In this document: positions 41,186-51,503 of the stretch, piece after piece
Position numbering within the stretch: the stretch's first letter is position 1
Layout of the letters: each line of letters starts with the position of its first letter
From: a virus
DNA: 64,000 bases
Direction: 5' to 3' (one strand)
IMG/VR virus record: IMGVR_UViG_3300033146_002242
Coordinates: 1-64,000 of that record
The notes under the pieces: generated by a model
Told to the model about the DNA's origin: nothing
The model's input: only the letters and a program-made list of their open reading frames with translations
Database searches by the model: none
Translations under genes and position numbers: made by a program

Positions 41186-42194
41186 AAATAAAAAAACATC
41201 TGTTGCAATTGGTTTAGATGTTGGAACAATGAATTTAGTTGCAACAAGATCAGATACAAAAGAATCAAAAATAATGAGAAATGTATTTCTTCCTGTCACA
41301 AAAGATGAAATTGGAATTTCCGATTTAGCAGATTTATCATATATTAAAAATGAAGATGATGATTTATTTATCATTGGTGATGATGCATTTAAATTTTCAA
41401 ATATTTTTGGGCAGGAAGTTAGACGCCCTATGAAACGTGGTGTTATATCATCTGATGAAATAGATGCTATTGATATTTTAACATTAATGATTAAATCATT
41501 GATTGGTAAATTAAAAGTTCCTGCATATTGTACTTATTCAATACCTGCTGAATCAATTGATTCAAATAAGAGTATTACATATCATGAAAAAGTATTTGGA
41601 AGAATTTTATCATCTTTAGGTATTAATGCATCACCTCTTAATGAAGCAATGGCTATTATTTTTTCTGAATGTCAAAATGAGAGATTTAGTGGAATTGGTA
41701 TTAGTTTTGGAGCGGGTATGTGTAATGTTCAAATTGCATATGCTGGTATTGAAACATTAAAATTTTCAACAGAACAATCAGGTGATTGGATAGATAAAAA
41801 TGTAGCCGATTCATTAAATATGGTAACAAATCGAGTTACTAATATAAAAGAGAAATATTTAGATCTAAGTGGTGACTTTAAGGAACATAAGAATAAGAAA
41901 ATTAGACGTGTTATCGAGGCATTGCAATATTATTATACTGCGATGATTAATAATACTGTTAAGAAAATACTTAAAGAATTTGATGATAAAGTTGATTTAG
42001 ATATTGATGAATCAATTCCAATTGTTATTGCTGGTGGTTCTTCTAAACCAAAAGGTTTTTTAGAATTGTTTAAAAGTGAGTTTGAAAAATATGATCTTCC
42101 TTTTGAAATAAGTGATATTAGATTAGCAAGTAATCAATTGACAGCTGTATCAAATGGCTTACTTATTAAAGCAATGGCAAGCATACCAAAATAA
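41178..42194 (+). CDS. Actin-fold ATPase (MreB/ParM/MamK-like)
   Basis: Phosphate-1 IGLDVGTMN, connect NEAMA, phosphate-2 GISFGAGMCN, adenosine VIAGGSS. Confidence 0.85.
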   Translation: MSENKKTSVAIGLDVGTMNLVATRSDTKESKIMRNVFLPVTKDEIGISDLADLSYIKNEDDDLFIIGDDAFKFSNIFGQEVRRPMKRGVISSDEIDAIDILTLMIKSLIGKLKVPAYCTYSIPAESIDSNKSITYHEKVFGRILSSLGINASPLNEAMAIIFSECQNERFSGIGISFGAGMCNVQIAYAGIETLKFSTEQSGDWIDKNVADSLNMVTNRVTNIKEKYLDLSGDFKEHKNKKIRRVIEALQYYYTAMINNTVKKILKEFDDKVDLDIDESIPIVIAGGSSKPKGFLELFKSEFEKYDLPFEISDIRLASNQLTAVSNGLLIKAMASIPK

Positions 42195-42394
42195 GGAGTA
42201 TTATGATGTCAAATGAACATTTGAAAGAAAAATTATTAGAAGCTGAACAAAAAACTAAAGAAATTTTATCCAAAATAGAACAAATAGATGATAAAAAACA
42301 TATACAAGAGAATGAACAAAATGATAAAGTTGAAAAATTAATACAGTGGATGCAAGCAAAATAGGTTTTTATTAATTAAGGATTCGTTTATATT

Positions 42395-43738
42395 ATGAGA
42401 AAAAAACAGGTAAAAAGAAAAAAGAAAAAATTAATTGATAATACTTTAAAAACAACACCCATTGGTAATAATAAAAGACATACTTTAAATGAATTAAAAA
42501 ATTTATTTGGTTTGGATATAACTAGTACAGATATGGTAGATACCATTGATACTTTAAGAAAAAACAAACCAAATATAATTATCGGGACTTGTACTAATAA
42601 TTTTATGTTTCGGCAGAATAATGGGCCTATACAAAAATTACAAAAAAAAGAAAATTATGTAATGTCATTATCAGTATACGCAAATTTGGAATTTGATAGA
42701 TATAAAACAAATCCAAAAACAGGTTTGGGTGTTAGAAATTTAAAACCAGCAAAAATTAAATTTTATGATATTTATAGACCTTATGAAGGGCAAGATTTAT
42801 CCAATAAAACTTTATTAGTTATGCGTACTGGTGGGATAGGTGATTTATTATTTATTCAACCAAATTTAATTTATTTAAAAAATAAATATCCTACATGTAA
42901 AATAGTTTTTGCTAGTAGCGCGCCATATCATCCAATGTTAGAAAATTGGGATTGTATTGACAAAGTTATTAGTTTACCATTTGGAGCTAAAATCTTATAT
43001 CAAAGTAATTACCATTTAATTTTTGAAGGTGTAATAGAACGAACGAAAGAAGCACATCATATAAATGCGTATGAATTGTTTTCTAAATGGATGTGTTTAA
43101 ATTTATCGAAAGATTTATTACGACCGATTCAACCAGTAAGAATTGATAGATATACAGAAATTAGTCAGGTTTTAAAGAATAAATTTAATATAGATGATTC
43201 ATCTGATAAAATATGTACTGTTCAATTAAAGGCATCATCTCCTATTCGTACACCCCATCCTGAGCAATTGTGGCTTCCTATATTAAAATTTATTTTGTCT
43301 AGAGGATATAAAATTGTTATTGTAGATAATCCAGCTTTACATGAACAAATTGAAAATATTATTAATACATATTTTGGTGATATAAAAGATTCTTTGGTAA
43401 ATTTTGTGAAATATTCTAAAGATATATCATATGCAATTGCGTTAGCATCAATGTCGGAAATCGTAATAGGACCAGATTCATCAATGGTACATATAGCAGA
43501 ATCAGTTGGAACAAAAAGTTTTGGTATTTATGGGCCATTTCCTGGATCTATTAGATTATCAACATATAAGTATAATAGTTGGATAGATTGTAAAGCTGAT
43601 TGTTCACCTTGTTTTACACATGGGCATCGTCCTTGTATTTATGGTGGACAAAATGGCGGGTGTTCACCATGTTATCAAAATATTAATATGTCTGAATTTA
43701 TTAAAAAATTTAAAGAATTAGAAATAAGAAATGTATAA
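42395..43738 (+). CDS. Glycosyltransferase, GT9-like
   Basis: RTGGIGDLLF, IGPDSSMVHIAESVGTKSFGIYGP, CSPC. Confidence 0.85.
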   Translation: MRKKQVKRKKKKLIDNTLKTTPIGNNKRHTLNELKNLFGLDITSTDMVDTIDTLRKNKPNIIIGTCTNNFMFRQNNGPIQKLQKKENYVMSLSVYANLEFDRYKTNPKTGLGVRNLKPAKIKFYDIYRPYEGQDLSNKTLLVMRTGGIGDLLFIQPNLIYLKNKYPTCKIVFASSAPYHPMLENWDCIDKVISLPFGAKILYQSNYHLIFEGVIERTKEAHHINAYELFSKWMCLNLSKDLLRPIQPVRIDRYTEISQVLKNKFNIDDSSDKICTVQLKASSPIRTPHPEQLWLPILKFILSRGYKIVIVDNPALHEQIENIINTYFGDIKDSLVNFVKYSKDISYAIALASMSEIVIGPDSSMVHIAESVGTKSFGIYGPFPGSIRLSTYKYNSWIDCKADCSPCFTHGHRPCIYGGQNGGCSPCYQNINMSEFIKKFKELEIRNV

Positions 43739-44558
43739 AATATGTATATGTGTTAGGAATAGATTAGGTATTACAAAAAAATGTATAGAATCTATTCAAC
43801 GTCATAGCAGGATTCCACATGAAATTTATATTTATGATAATTTAACAAATTATAGATTGAAAGAACATTTTGAATATTTTCACAATTTATTTAAAAATGA
43901 TATTATTCAACAATATACTGTTAATTCAGATAAATCAACTTTTAATGCATTTTCAAAAGTTGTAGCTTTAAATCAATTCGGATATCATCATATATCTGAT
44001 CCAAGAAAAAATATTTTTGAATTTTTAGTATTTCTTGACAATGATATGATTGTTATGCCGGGATGGGATAAATATATCAATGAAGCTTGGAAACATTTAA
44101 AAAAATTAGATCACACCAATATTAAAATTGTTACACAATACCCAGGTGGAATTAAATATGCGACACCTTATCAAAATAAAATAAAAAATGTAGATACATA
44201 TACAGGTAAATTAGGCGGTTCTGGATTTTGGGCTGTTAATACAGATTTTTTTTCAGATGTAGGATTTTTGGATTGTAAACATTTTATAGGACAACATAAA
44301 AAACATGATCAAATGTATTGGCATAAGTTAAATAGAGCTGCAAAAAATAAAAACTATATATTGGCGATTCATACTAATTTAGCTATTCATGCAGGTGGTA
44401 TAGCTGGAAGTGTTTGTAATAGTTTGACTAAAATTAATGATGATAAAAGTAAATTAGAAAAAATCAAGTTTAAAGAAGTTGATGCAAAAATAGAGAAATT
44501 ATCATTTGATGATTTCTTTAATGCTATAAGACAAAAAAATAAACTTTTTAAATGGTAA
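43731..44558 (+). CDS. Glycosyltransferase, GT2/GT-A
   Basis: IYIYDN, VFLDNDM (DxD). Confidence 0.8.
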   Translation: MYKICICVRNRLGITKKCIESIQRHSRIPHEIYIYDNLTNYRLKEHFEYFHNLFKNDIIQQYTVNSDKSTFNAFSKVVALNQFGYHHISDPRKNIFEFLVFLDNDMIVMPGWDKYINEAWKHLKKLDHTNIKIVTQYPGGIKYATPYQNKIKNVDTYTGKLGGSGFWAVNTDFFSDVGFLDCKHFIGQHKKHDQMYWHKLNRAAKNKNYILAIHTNLAIHAGGIAGSVCNSLTKINDDKSKLEKIKFKEVDAKIEKLSFDDFFNAIRQKNKLFKW

Positions 44559-44564
44559 TTATAT

Positions 44565-45491
44565 ATGAAAAAACAAGATGTTATTTTAGTTGGGCCTTTT
44601 ACAGGTGAATTGTATTGGGAATTTTTTAGATTTGCACCATATATTTTTTTCCAACAAAAACAACATAATAATATACCATTAGTGGTTTTAACACGACCAG
44701 ATCGATATGATATATATGGAGAGAGATGTATTGAATTTGCACCTCTTACTATTAAAGGAGATTCTGAATATAGATTTGCTGAATGTTTTAGAATGATGGG
44801 ATTGGATTATATAGATTATATGAAAATTGTTAAAGTTTTTAATATTCAAATGGCAAAAAAATATAATATAATTCAACATTATTATCCACCTCATAAAAAA
44901 CCAGATTATTTATTAAAAGATTATTATCCACTATGTAATAGATTGTTTGATTACAAAGTTAGGAAAGATAATAGAAAATTAATAAAAAAATTTATTAAAA
45001 AAGTAACGAAACCAATTGTAATTTTAGCTCCTAGATATAGAAAAAATTTTAAAAGAAATTGGCCTTATTGGAATGATTTATATGATAAATTGGAAAAAAC
45101 AGGATGGAATAAAAAAATAGAATTTATAATATGTGGTAAAAAAGGTGAATATGTACCTGATAGGAAAAAGAGATATAAAGATATAAACGAAATTACTTTA
45201 ACAAATAATTCATCTTTATTTGGTTTGTTATTAGAATTAATGATATATAACAATTTGACAATTGGATCCCAATCAGCAATTCCAAATATTTCGTTATTAT
45301 ATAAAAAACCTGTAATTGAATGGGGTAATCAACGACATTTACATACAGTGACATATAATTTATATAATACACCAGTTATATTTTTTGATACAAATGATTT
45401 TAAAATACCCCTAGATAGAATGTTTAATACAATAGTTGTAAAATTAACTGATATTTGTTTAGAATATCAAAAACAAGGAGAAGTCGCATGA
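44565..45491 (+). CDS. Glycosyltransferase, GT-B (GT9-like)
   Basis: GPFTGELYWE, RNWPYWNDL, IGSQSAIPNISLLYKKPVIEWG. Confidence 0.65.
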   Translation: MKKQDVILVGPFTGELYWEFFRFAPYIFFQQKQHNNIPLVVLTRPDRYDIYGERCIEFAPLTIKGDSEYRFAECFRMMGLDYIDYMKIVKVFNIQMAKKYNIIQHYYPPHKKPDYLLKDYYPLCNRLFDYKVRKDNRKLIKKFIKKVTKPIVILAPRYRKNFKRNWPYWNDLYDKLEKTGWNKKIEFIICGKKGEYVPDRKKRYKDINEITLTNNSSLFGLLLELMIYNNLTIGSQSAIPNISLLYKKPVIEWGNQRHLHTVTYNLYNTPVIFFDTNDFKIPLDRMFNTIVVKLTDICLEYQKQGEVA

Positions 45492-45721
45492 GTGAGAATA
45501 ATCAAGAAGGAAAATTAAATTTATGGTCTAGTAATAAAAAAGGTATGATTGATGGTATTTTTAAAAATTTAAAAGCATTACGTTATAAAGGTGAATACTA
45601 TGAAGAAATTGGGTTACCACAAATAGATTTAGTTATTCGTGGGTTATTACAAGATGTGGATACTTTAAAACGTGAAAATACATTATTAAAAAATAAATTA
45701 AAAAATGAAAATAGTATTTAA
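45488..45721 (+). CDS. Hypothetical coiled-coil protein
   Basis: AAGGAG RBS before ATG 45488. Confidence 0.55.
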   Translation: MSENNQEGKLNLWSSNKKGMIDGIFKNLKALRYKGEYYEEIGLPQIDLVIRGLLQDVDTLKRENTLLKNKLKNENSI

Positions 45722-46691
45722 TTCAATGAACTGTGGTTTGGGTAATAATGGGGGTACTCAAACCATAGTTCATTCAGCTAATTTATTATCTGAATTAGGG
45801 CATGATGTTGAAATAATTGATACTATGAAAAATTGTTTTACATGGCACCCTTTAAAAGTCAAACATACAATAATTAAAAATAATTATCCAAGTTGTGATA
45901 TTATTATTGGTACTGGAATAAAAACATTAGAAACAACTGCAAATTATAAAAAAGCTAAAAAAAGATTTCATTGGATACGTGGATGGGAAACATGGCAATT
46001 ATCTGAAAAAGATATGGTAAATTTATTTAAACAATATGAAGATAAAATTATATATGTGACGAATGGGATTGCTATTCAGAAAAAATTAGAAAAATTTGGA
46101 ATTAAATCATATATTCAATATGCGGGTCTTGATATTGATAATACAAATATTTTACATGTTTATAATGAAAAATTAGATAAACAATTTGTAATTGGTGGTT
46201 TAATAAATTTTAGGCATCGTACAAAAAATTCTGAATGGATTTTTCAAATATTTAATTATCTTAAACAAAAATATAATATTTTGTTATATACATATGGTAC
46301 ATCAGATATAAATTGTAATCAGAATCATTATCATTTTAAATCACCATCAAAAAAACAAAAAAATAAAATTTATAAAAAAATAGATTTCTGGCTATCAACA
46401 AGTGTTAATGAAGGTTTTCATATTCCACCAGCTGAATTTATGTTAACAAGTGGTGTTGTTGTTGGTGTGGATTCAGAGTTTAATGGTACACGAAGTTATT
46501 TATTTGATAACGAAACAGGTTTTTTATGTGATAAAAATTGGAAAGCAATAGCGAATAAAATTTTAAAGATTAAAAATGATTATGATAATTTAAATATTGT
46601 TGCTAATAATAGTAAAAATTACATATGTAATATAATCGGAAGTCGACGATATAACATGAAAAAATTTATAAAGATTATGGAAAATGTATAA
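45705..46691 (+). CDS. Glycosyltransferase, GT4-like
   Basis: NGGTQTI..LGHDV; SVNEGFHIPPAEFM..G. Confidence 0.82.
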   Translation: MKIVFNSMNCGLGNNGGTQTIVHSANLLSELGHDVEIIDTMKNCFTWHPLKVKHTIIKNNYPSCDIIIGTGIKTLETTANYKKAKKRFHWIRGWETWQLSEKDMVNLFKQYEDKIIYVTNGIAIQKKLEKFGIKSYIQYAGLDIDNTNILHVYNEKLDKQFVIGGLINFRHRTKNSEWIFQIFNYLKQKYNILLYTYGTSDINCNQNHYHFKSPSKKQKNKIYKKIDFWLSTSVNEGFHIPPAEFMLTSGVVVGVDSEFNGTRSYLFDNETGFLCDKNWKAIANKILKIKNDYDNLNIVANNSKNYICNIIGSRRYNMKKFIKIMENV

Positions 46692-47511
46692 TATAAAATT
46701 AAAAAGAGAAATCTTAAATCATGTGAATAATTCTATTAATTATAATAAACCATTTTCATTGATTCGATTTGGTGATGGTGGTTTAAAAATGATGTTATCA
46801 TATATAAAAAATAAAGAAGGGAATTTAAAAATTATATCAGAAAAGGAAGGTATACCTTTAGATAAATTTCAATTTGTTATTAATTTATGGGCTATATATG
46901 CTAACAAATCTGATTATATAGATACACCACATGTATATGAAAATACATATAATTTTTGGAAAAGATATAAGCTCGATTTTAAACCTATTAATGTAAAAAC
47001 AAATGAACTATTAAAAAATTGGGAGAATGTTTATAATAGTATACATATAAATACAAAAGATAGATTATATTGTAATCCTGAATTTAATTGGTTATCTATT
47101 TTAAATTATCCCCCAAATATTTTTAACGTGTTACATAAACGAAAAATATGTTTTATATCAATATTTGATGATATTCCTGTTTTATCAGATAAATTTGATG
47201 TAACATATAAAAAAATAGTAGGTCATTATGATAATCAATTTGAAAATAGCTTTCAAGAAACAATTGAATATATTGAAGAAAATATAGATAATTTTGATTT
47301 GTGGTTAAATTCATCTGGTGAATTAGGAAGAATTTATTCTGGTAGAATACGAGAATTAGGCGGCCGTGTTATTGATATGGGATTTGTAGCTCAATATTGG
47401 AAGGATGGTAAAATGCCATTGAGATTTAATAAATTTATAAGGCCTGATGAACAAAATCCATTATGTATAAAATTAACAACATTGGGTGAAAGTTATAGGA
47501 ATTTCATATGA
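46684..47511 (+). CDS. GT-D fold-like glycosyltransferase
   Basis: FSLIRFGDGG..GELGRIYSGRIRELGGRVIDMG. Confidence 0.7.
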   Translation: MYNIKLKREILNHVNNSINYNKPFSLIRFGDGGLKMMLSYIKNKEGNLKIISEKEGIPLDKFQFVINLWAIYANKSDYIDTPHVYENTYNFWKRYKLDFKPINVKTNELLKNWENVYNSIHINTKDRLYCNPEFNWLSILNYPPNIFNVLHKRKICFISIFDDIPVLSDKFDVTYKKIVGHYDNQFENSFQETIEYIEENIDNFDLWLNSSGELGRIYSGRIRELGGRVIDMGFVAQYWKDGKMPLRFNKFIRPDEQNPLCIKLTTLGESYRNFI

Positions 47512-48248
47512 TTGATATAACTATTACAGCAACTATCAGACCTATATTATTAAAACGAACATTAACATCTTTTTTTAAAAATTGTTTTAATGATTTTAGT
47601 ATTAGAAATAAACTTAAAAATAAAATTCATATTATAATAAATGTAGATCCAATAGGAGAAAATAGATATTCACAAAAACACATGTATGATATTTGTAAAA
47701 GATTTTCTGATAATGTAACATATAATGCTCCAAAAAAACCAAATTTTGCAAAAGCTGTTATATGGTGTTGGAAACAATGTAAAAATAAGTATGTTTTTCA
47801 TTTAGAAGATGATTGGATATTAAATGATAGAATCAATTTAGAAAATTTAATATCAATGATACAAAATAGAGATGTTGCAGCTGTTAGGTTATATAAAAGA
47901 GATTATCCTAAAAAACCACCTTATATGATGTTTGATTGTGAATATACATATGAGAATAATTTATTTATAGCAACTGATAGTTCAAATCAATTTGGTTTAA
48001 ATCCTGTTTTAATTGACAGAAAATTTATAGATACTGCTTTGATATTAATGACGGGAGATCTTAATCCAGAAAAACAATTTCGAGTTAGTAATAAAAAAAT
48101 GAAGCAATTTGTATTAGCACATAAATATGCTATTTATGGAAAACCTGGAATGAAAGCATTAGTTAGTGATATTGGATTATCTTGGAGAAAACAACGTAAT
48201 ATTGAAAAACCAAAAGGTGCAACTTTTATTAATTGGAAAGTTAAATGA
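47508..48248 (+). CDS. Glycosyltransferase, GT2-like
   Basis: TATIRP, INVD, VFHLEDDW. Confidence 0.8.
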   Translation: MIDITITATIRPILLKRTLTSFFKNCFNDFSIRNKLKNKIHIIINVDPIGENRYSQKHMYDICKRFSDNVTYNAPKKPNFAKAVIWCWKQCKNKYVFHLEDDWILNDRINLENLISMIQNRDVAAVRLYKRDYPKKPPYMMFDCEYTYENNLFIATDSSNQFGLNPVLIDRKFIDTALILMTGDLNPEKQFRVSNKKMKQFVLAHKYAIYGKPGMKALVSDIGLSWRKQRNIEKPKGATFINWKVK

Positions 48249-49162
48249 AAATATTAATTATTTCTGAAAATCAAATTAATAAATATAATTGGGGACACCA
48301 ATTATTTAGAAATGAAATAGCTAGACAGCATGATGTATTATTTTTTGGGCCTGGGTATACTACATCATCTTTAAAAAAATTTTTAATTAAAAATAAAACT
48401 GATTTTGATGATATTGATTTTGTTTTTACATATGGTTTAAAATATACAAAAAAAATAGAAGATATTTGGACAATTCCTGATAATGTAACAAAGGTGCATT
48501 ATGTTATTGATTTTTTTGTAAAAAAAGATGGATTTAAAGGACGAGAACAATCACAGTATGATTTTTTAAATAAATATAAACCTGATATAATTTTTTCTGT
48601 TTATCACAATTCAATCAGACCTATTAAAAAAAATACAGGTAATGAAAAAGTTTTTGTGTTACCATTTAGTGTGTGTACACAAACATATAAAAAAATACAT
48701 TTATTAAAAGAAAATAAAATAATGACTTGTTTTTCGACAAGACCTGATGCTTATCCAAATAGAGGTAAAGCAATACAATATTTAAATGATAATAATTTTA
48801 AAATAGTACAAAGACAAAAAAGATACGATTATATTAAAGCTATTAATAAATGTAAAATATCATTGGGAGTGTGTGATATTTTTAAAAGTTTGAATATGAG
48901 AGTTACTGAAATATTAGCATGTGGTGGTTTATTTTTAACAGATAAACCTAATTATATTGAGGAATTAGGTTTAATTGAAAATAAGCATTATGTAACATAT
49001 AAAAGTTTTAAAGATATGGCATATAAAATTAAATATTATTTTTTACATGATAAAGAAAGAACAAGAATTGAAAACGAAGGTATGCGATTTGTAAGAGAGA
49101 ATCATAGTTGTGAAAAGCGTGTAAAACAAATGATTAAAATAATTAATAAATGTAATAGGTAG
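48245..49162 (+). CDS. Glycosyltransferase, GT-B (CgeB/Glyco_trans_1_2-like)
   Basis: NMRVTEILACGGLFLTD..HYVTY..RIENEG..NHS. Confidence 0.82.
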   Translation: MKILIISENQINKYNWGHQLFRNEIARQHDVLFFGPGYTTSSLKKFLIKNKTDFDDIDFVFTYGLKYTKKIEDIWTIPDNVTKVHYVIDFFVKKDGFKGREQSQYDFLNKYKPDIIFSVYHNSIRPIKKNTGNEKVFVLPFSVCTQTYKKIHLLKENKIMTCFSTRPDAYPNRGKAIQYLNDNNFKIVQRQKRYDYIKAINKCKISLGVCDIFKSLNMRVTEILACGGLFLTDKPNYIEELGLIENKHYVTYKSFKDMAYKIKYYFLHDKERTRIENEGMRFVRENHSCEKRVKQMIKIINKCNR

Positions 49163-49166
49163 ATTA

Positions 49167-50219
49167 ATGAAAACACTTTATTTATTTCGTAGCAATTTAA
49201 AATCTTTAGAGTATTATCATAGTATTACTGATGTAGATGATTTTGAAAGAAACTGTCATGATTTTTATTTATTGATGCCTTTTTATTTTTTAAAAATGGG
49301 GATTTTTGATAAAGTTTATATTTATAGATTATCTGATAAAAAAAGAAATACAATAAAATTCAAGGTAAAAAATAGAAAAGGTACAAAGGGTATATTTTAT
49401 CAGGTATTTTCAACTGATAATTTTAAAGATGTTTTTCAAAATCCAGATAAACCAGATGTATCTATATTCAGAGGTGGATTTAAAGAGTATGATACTTTAA
49501 TAAATATGAATAGAAAATTTTTTGGAAAATCTTTTTATTTGGGAGCAAGTCGTAGATTTCATCCTAATTATGGTGGTGAATATGATTATATTTTATATGA
49601 ATCAGAACATGATTTGTTTATGAATCAAAAAAATAATTTCAAGTATAAGAGATTTTTTAAAACAGCTAATCCAAAAATATTTTATCCTAAAGAATTAAAA
49701 AAAGAATTTGATATTATTTGGCCGTGGAAATATACATCTGATTTTCGTAAAGGGGAAAAATTCTTTTTAAATGCTGTTAAAAATAATAATGGTTTAAAAC
49801 AATTAAGGATATATCATTGTGGAAATGAACCGGAAAAAGCTAAAAAACTTTTTAGACAATATGGAATTAATAATATTGTTTGTGATAGTAATAAGCATTA
49901 TCATGACATGGCTGATGTATTAAATATGGGTTTTTGTGGTTTGGTAACAAGTGACAAAGAAGATGGCTGCCCTCGTTTATCTACTGAAATAATGGCATGT
50001 GCCACACCATTGGTAATAAGAGATAAAACTCGTATATTGAATTATTATCGAGGTGGTGGAATGTTAAGATATTATGATGAACATTCAATGTATAATCAAA
50101 TTATATATGCTATTAAAAAATATGATTCTATAAGAAATTCTTTAAAAGAACGATTGCTACATGATTTATCAATTGAAACAATATGTGAAATGAATTTAAA
50201 AGAATGGGGAATTATATAA
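49167..50219 (+). CDS. Glycosyltransferase, GT4-like
   Basis: RKGEKFF..SDKEDGCPRLSTEIMACATP. Confidence 0.75.
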   Translation: MKTLYLFRSNLKSLEYYHSITDVDDFERNCHDFYLLMPFYFLKMGIFDKVYIYRLSDKKRNTIKFKVKNRKGTKGIFYQVFSTDNFKDVFQNPDKPDVSIFRGGFKEYDTLINMNRKFFGKSFYLGASRRFHPNYGGEYDYILYESEHDLFMNQKNNFKYKRFFKTANPKIFYPKELKKEFDIIWPWKYTSDFRKGEKFFLNAVKNNNGLKQLRIYHCGNEPEKAKKLFRQYGINNIVCDSNKHYHDMADVLNMGFCGLVTSDKEDGCPRLSTEIMACATPLVIRDKTRILNYYRGGGMLRYYDEHSMYNQIIYAIKKYDSIRNSLKERLLHDLSIETICEMNLKEWGII

Positions 50220-50221
50220 AA

Positions 50222-50260
50222 AAAAATCTTCCTTCCCAAATGAGAGGAAGGAAGATTTTT
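50222..50260. terminator. Bidirectional terminator between convergent genes
   Basis: AAAAATCTTCCTTCC/GGAAGGAAGATTTTT. Confidence 0.75.
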
Positions 50261-50265
50261 CCGGA

Positions 50266-51198
50266 TTAGTTATTCCAGTTTATCTGACCTGGAGTAACTT
50301 TTCCATAACAGTTAATGGTGATGTTGAAATTAGCCTGAGCTATTTCAACATCACCATTTTCTGTTATTTTAATTTTCACCGGGGCCGGCGAAACAACCGC
50401 CAACCCCGGCTTTCCATTGATATCAATTCCCGACCCAGGGATTACAATAGCTGGATCGGGGATATCTTCTTCATCGCCATCACTACAAATGATGGCGATG
50501 TCATCTACACCTCCCTTCTTTTTTAATACACCTCCGATTACAAGGTGTTCCATTTTGCTATCATTGGGGTCGGCTGCGAACCACGCCGCTAAATCCCGCA
50601 GCCGATCGTTTAATATTTTTTTCTCAATAGGTGAATCTGGTACCAGGCCTCGATTCACCCACACTTCAAAACCCCCAGCTTCCACCTTGTAGAAACTGGG
50701 AGTAACTAATTGCTTAGCCTTGTCCATAAAGGACTCGGCTTTTTTATTTTTTGTTGCGGTTTCTGTCTTATTATTAATCAAGTCAGTGGAGCAATTCCTG
50801 ACTTGATTAATGGCCCATGGCGCTGCTGTTGCCATGATTCCAATAGCAACAGCAGCAACTATGTGTCCTTGAAGGAGATTGGCCGACTCCTCCAAACCCT
50901 TGCCGACAATCAGGTTCTTTACGAACCAAATTCCGGCAAGGGAACCAATTCCTAGAATAATTAACCCGCCCAATGGATGGTTTCCCATCCACCAGCGGGT
51001 TATATAAAAACCAGCTGGGGCCGAGCATATTGCCCAGCACCACAGCCAGAATCCCCTATGGGATTCATCAAGACGACGAATCCCATAGAATGCCCCAATA
51101 ATGGTCAGGAAGGTCCCGACCATTAATAGATCATTTACTGTTATAGCGATGCTGTGCAGCACCGCCATTACTTGTTCATAAATAGTTTGTTCGTTCAT
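50266..51198 (-). CDS. Multi-pass membrane protein, GC-richer than flanks
   Basis: Four hydrophobic helices then a soluble domain; AAGGAGG RBS. Confidence 0.7.
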   Translation of the reverse strand: MNEQTIYEQVMAVLHSIAITVNDLLMVGTFLTIIGAFYGIRRLDESHRGFWLWCWAICSAPAGFYITRWWMGNHPLGGLIILGIGSLAGIWFVKNLIVGKGLEESANLLQGHIVAAVAIGIMATAAPWAINQVRNCSTDLINNKTETATKNKKAESFMDKAKQLVTPSFYKVEAGGFEVWVNRGLVPDSPIEKKILNDRLRDLAAWFAADPNDSKMEHLVIGGVLKKKGGVDDIAIICSDGDEEDIPDPAIVIPGSGIDINGKPGLAVVSPAPVKIKITENGDVEIAQANFNITINCYGKVTPGQINWNN

Positions 51199-51231
51199 AC
51201 CAAACCTCCTTTGGTATTAAAATTAAAAGAT

Positions 51232-51263
51232 TACCGTTTTATATTCCGCGCCCGGTCTGCGGT
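51232..51263 (-). ncRNA. CptI-like pseudoknot, distant copy in a gene leader
   Basis: ACCGCAGACCGGGCGCGGAATATAAAACGGTA, nearly identical to copies at 1866 and 2484. Confidence 0.65.
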
Positions 51264-51503
51264 CTCCTATTTAATTTATATACCATAGTAGGATTAACTA
51301 TGGTCACAATAACAATAAGATTGTTATTAGTATTAATTAATATATATAATAAAGTTGAGTTAAATAAATTGATAATTTATTATTTTTATTATAATTAAAT
51401 AGTGTTATTATATATATTCATTCTTGATATTTGAGATTGGTTTTTATTTTTAGAGAACATAAAAATACATTCATATATTATATTGCAAGGAGGTTTAAAC
51501 GAT

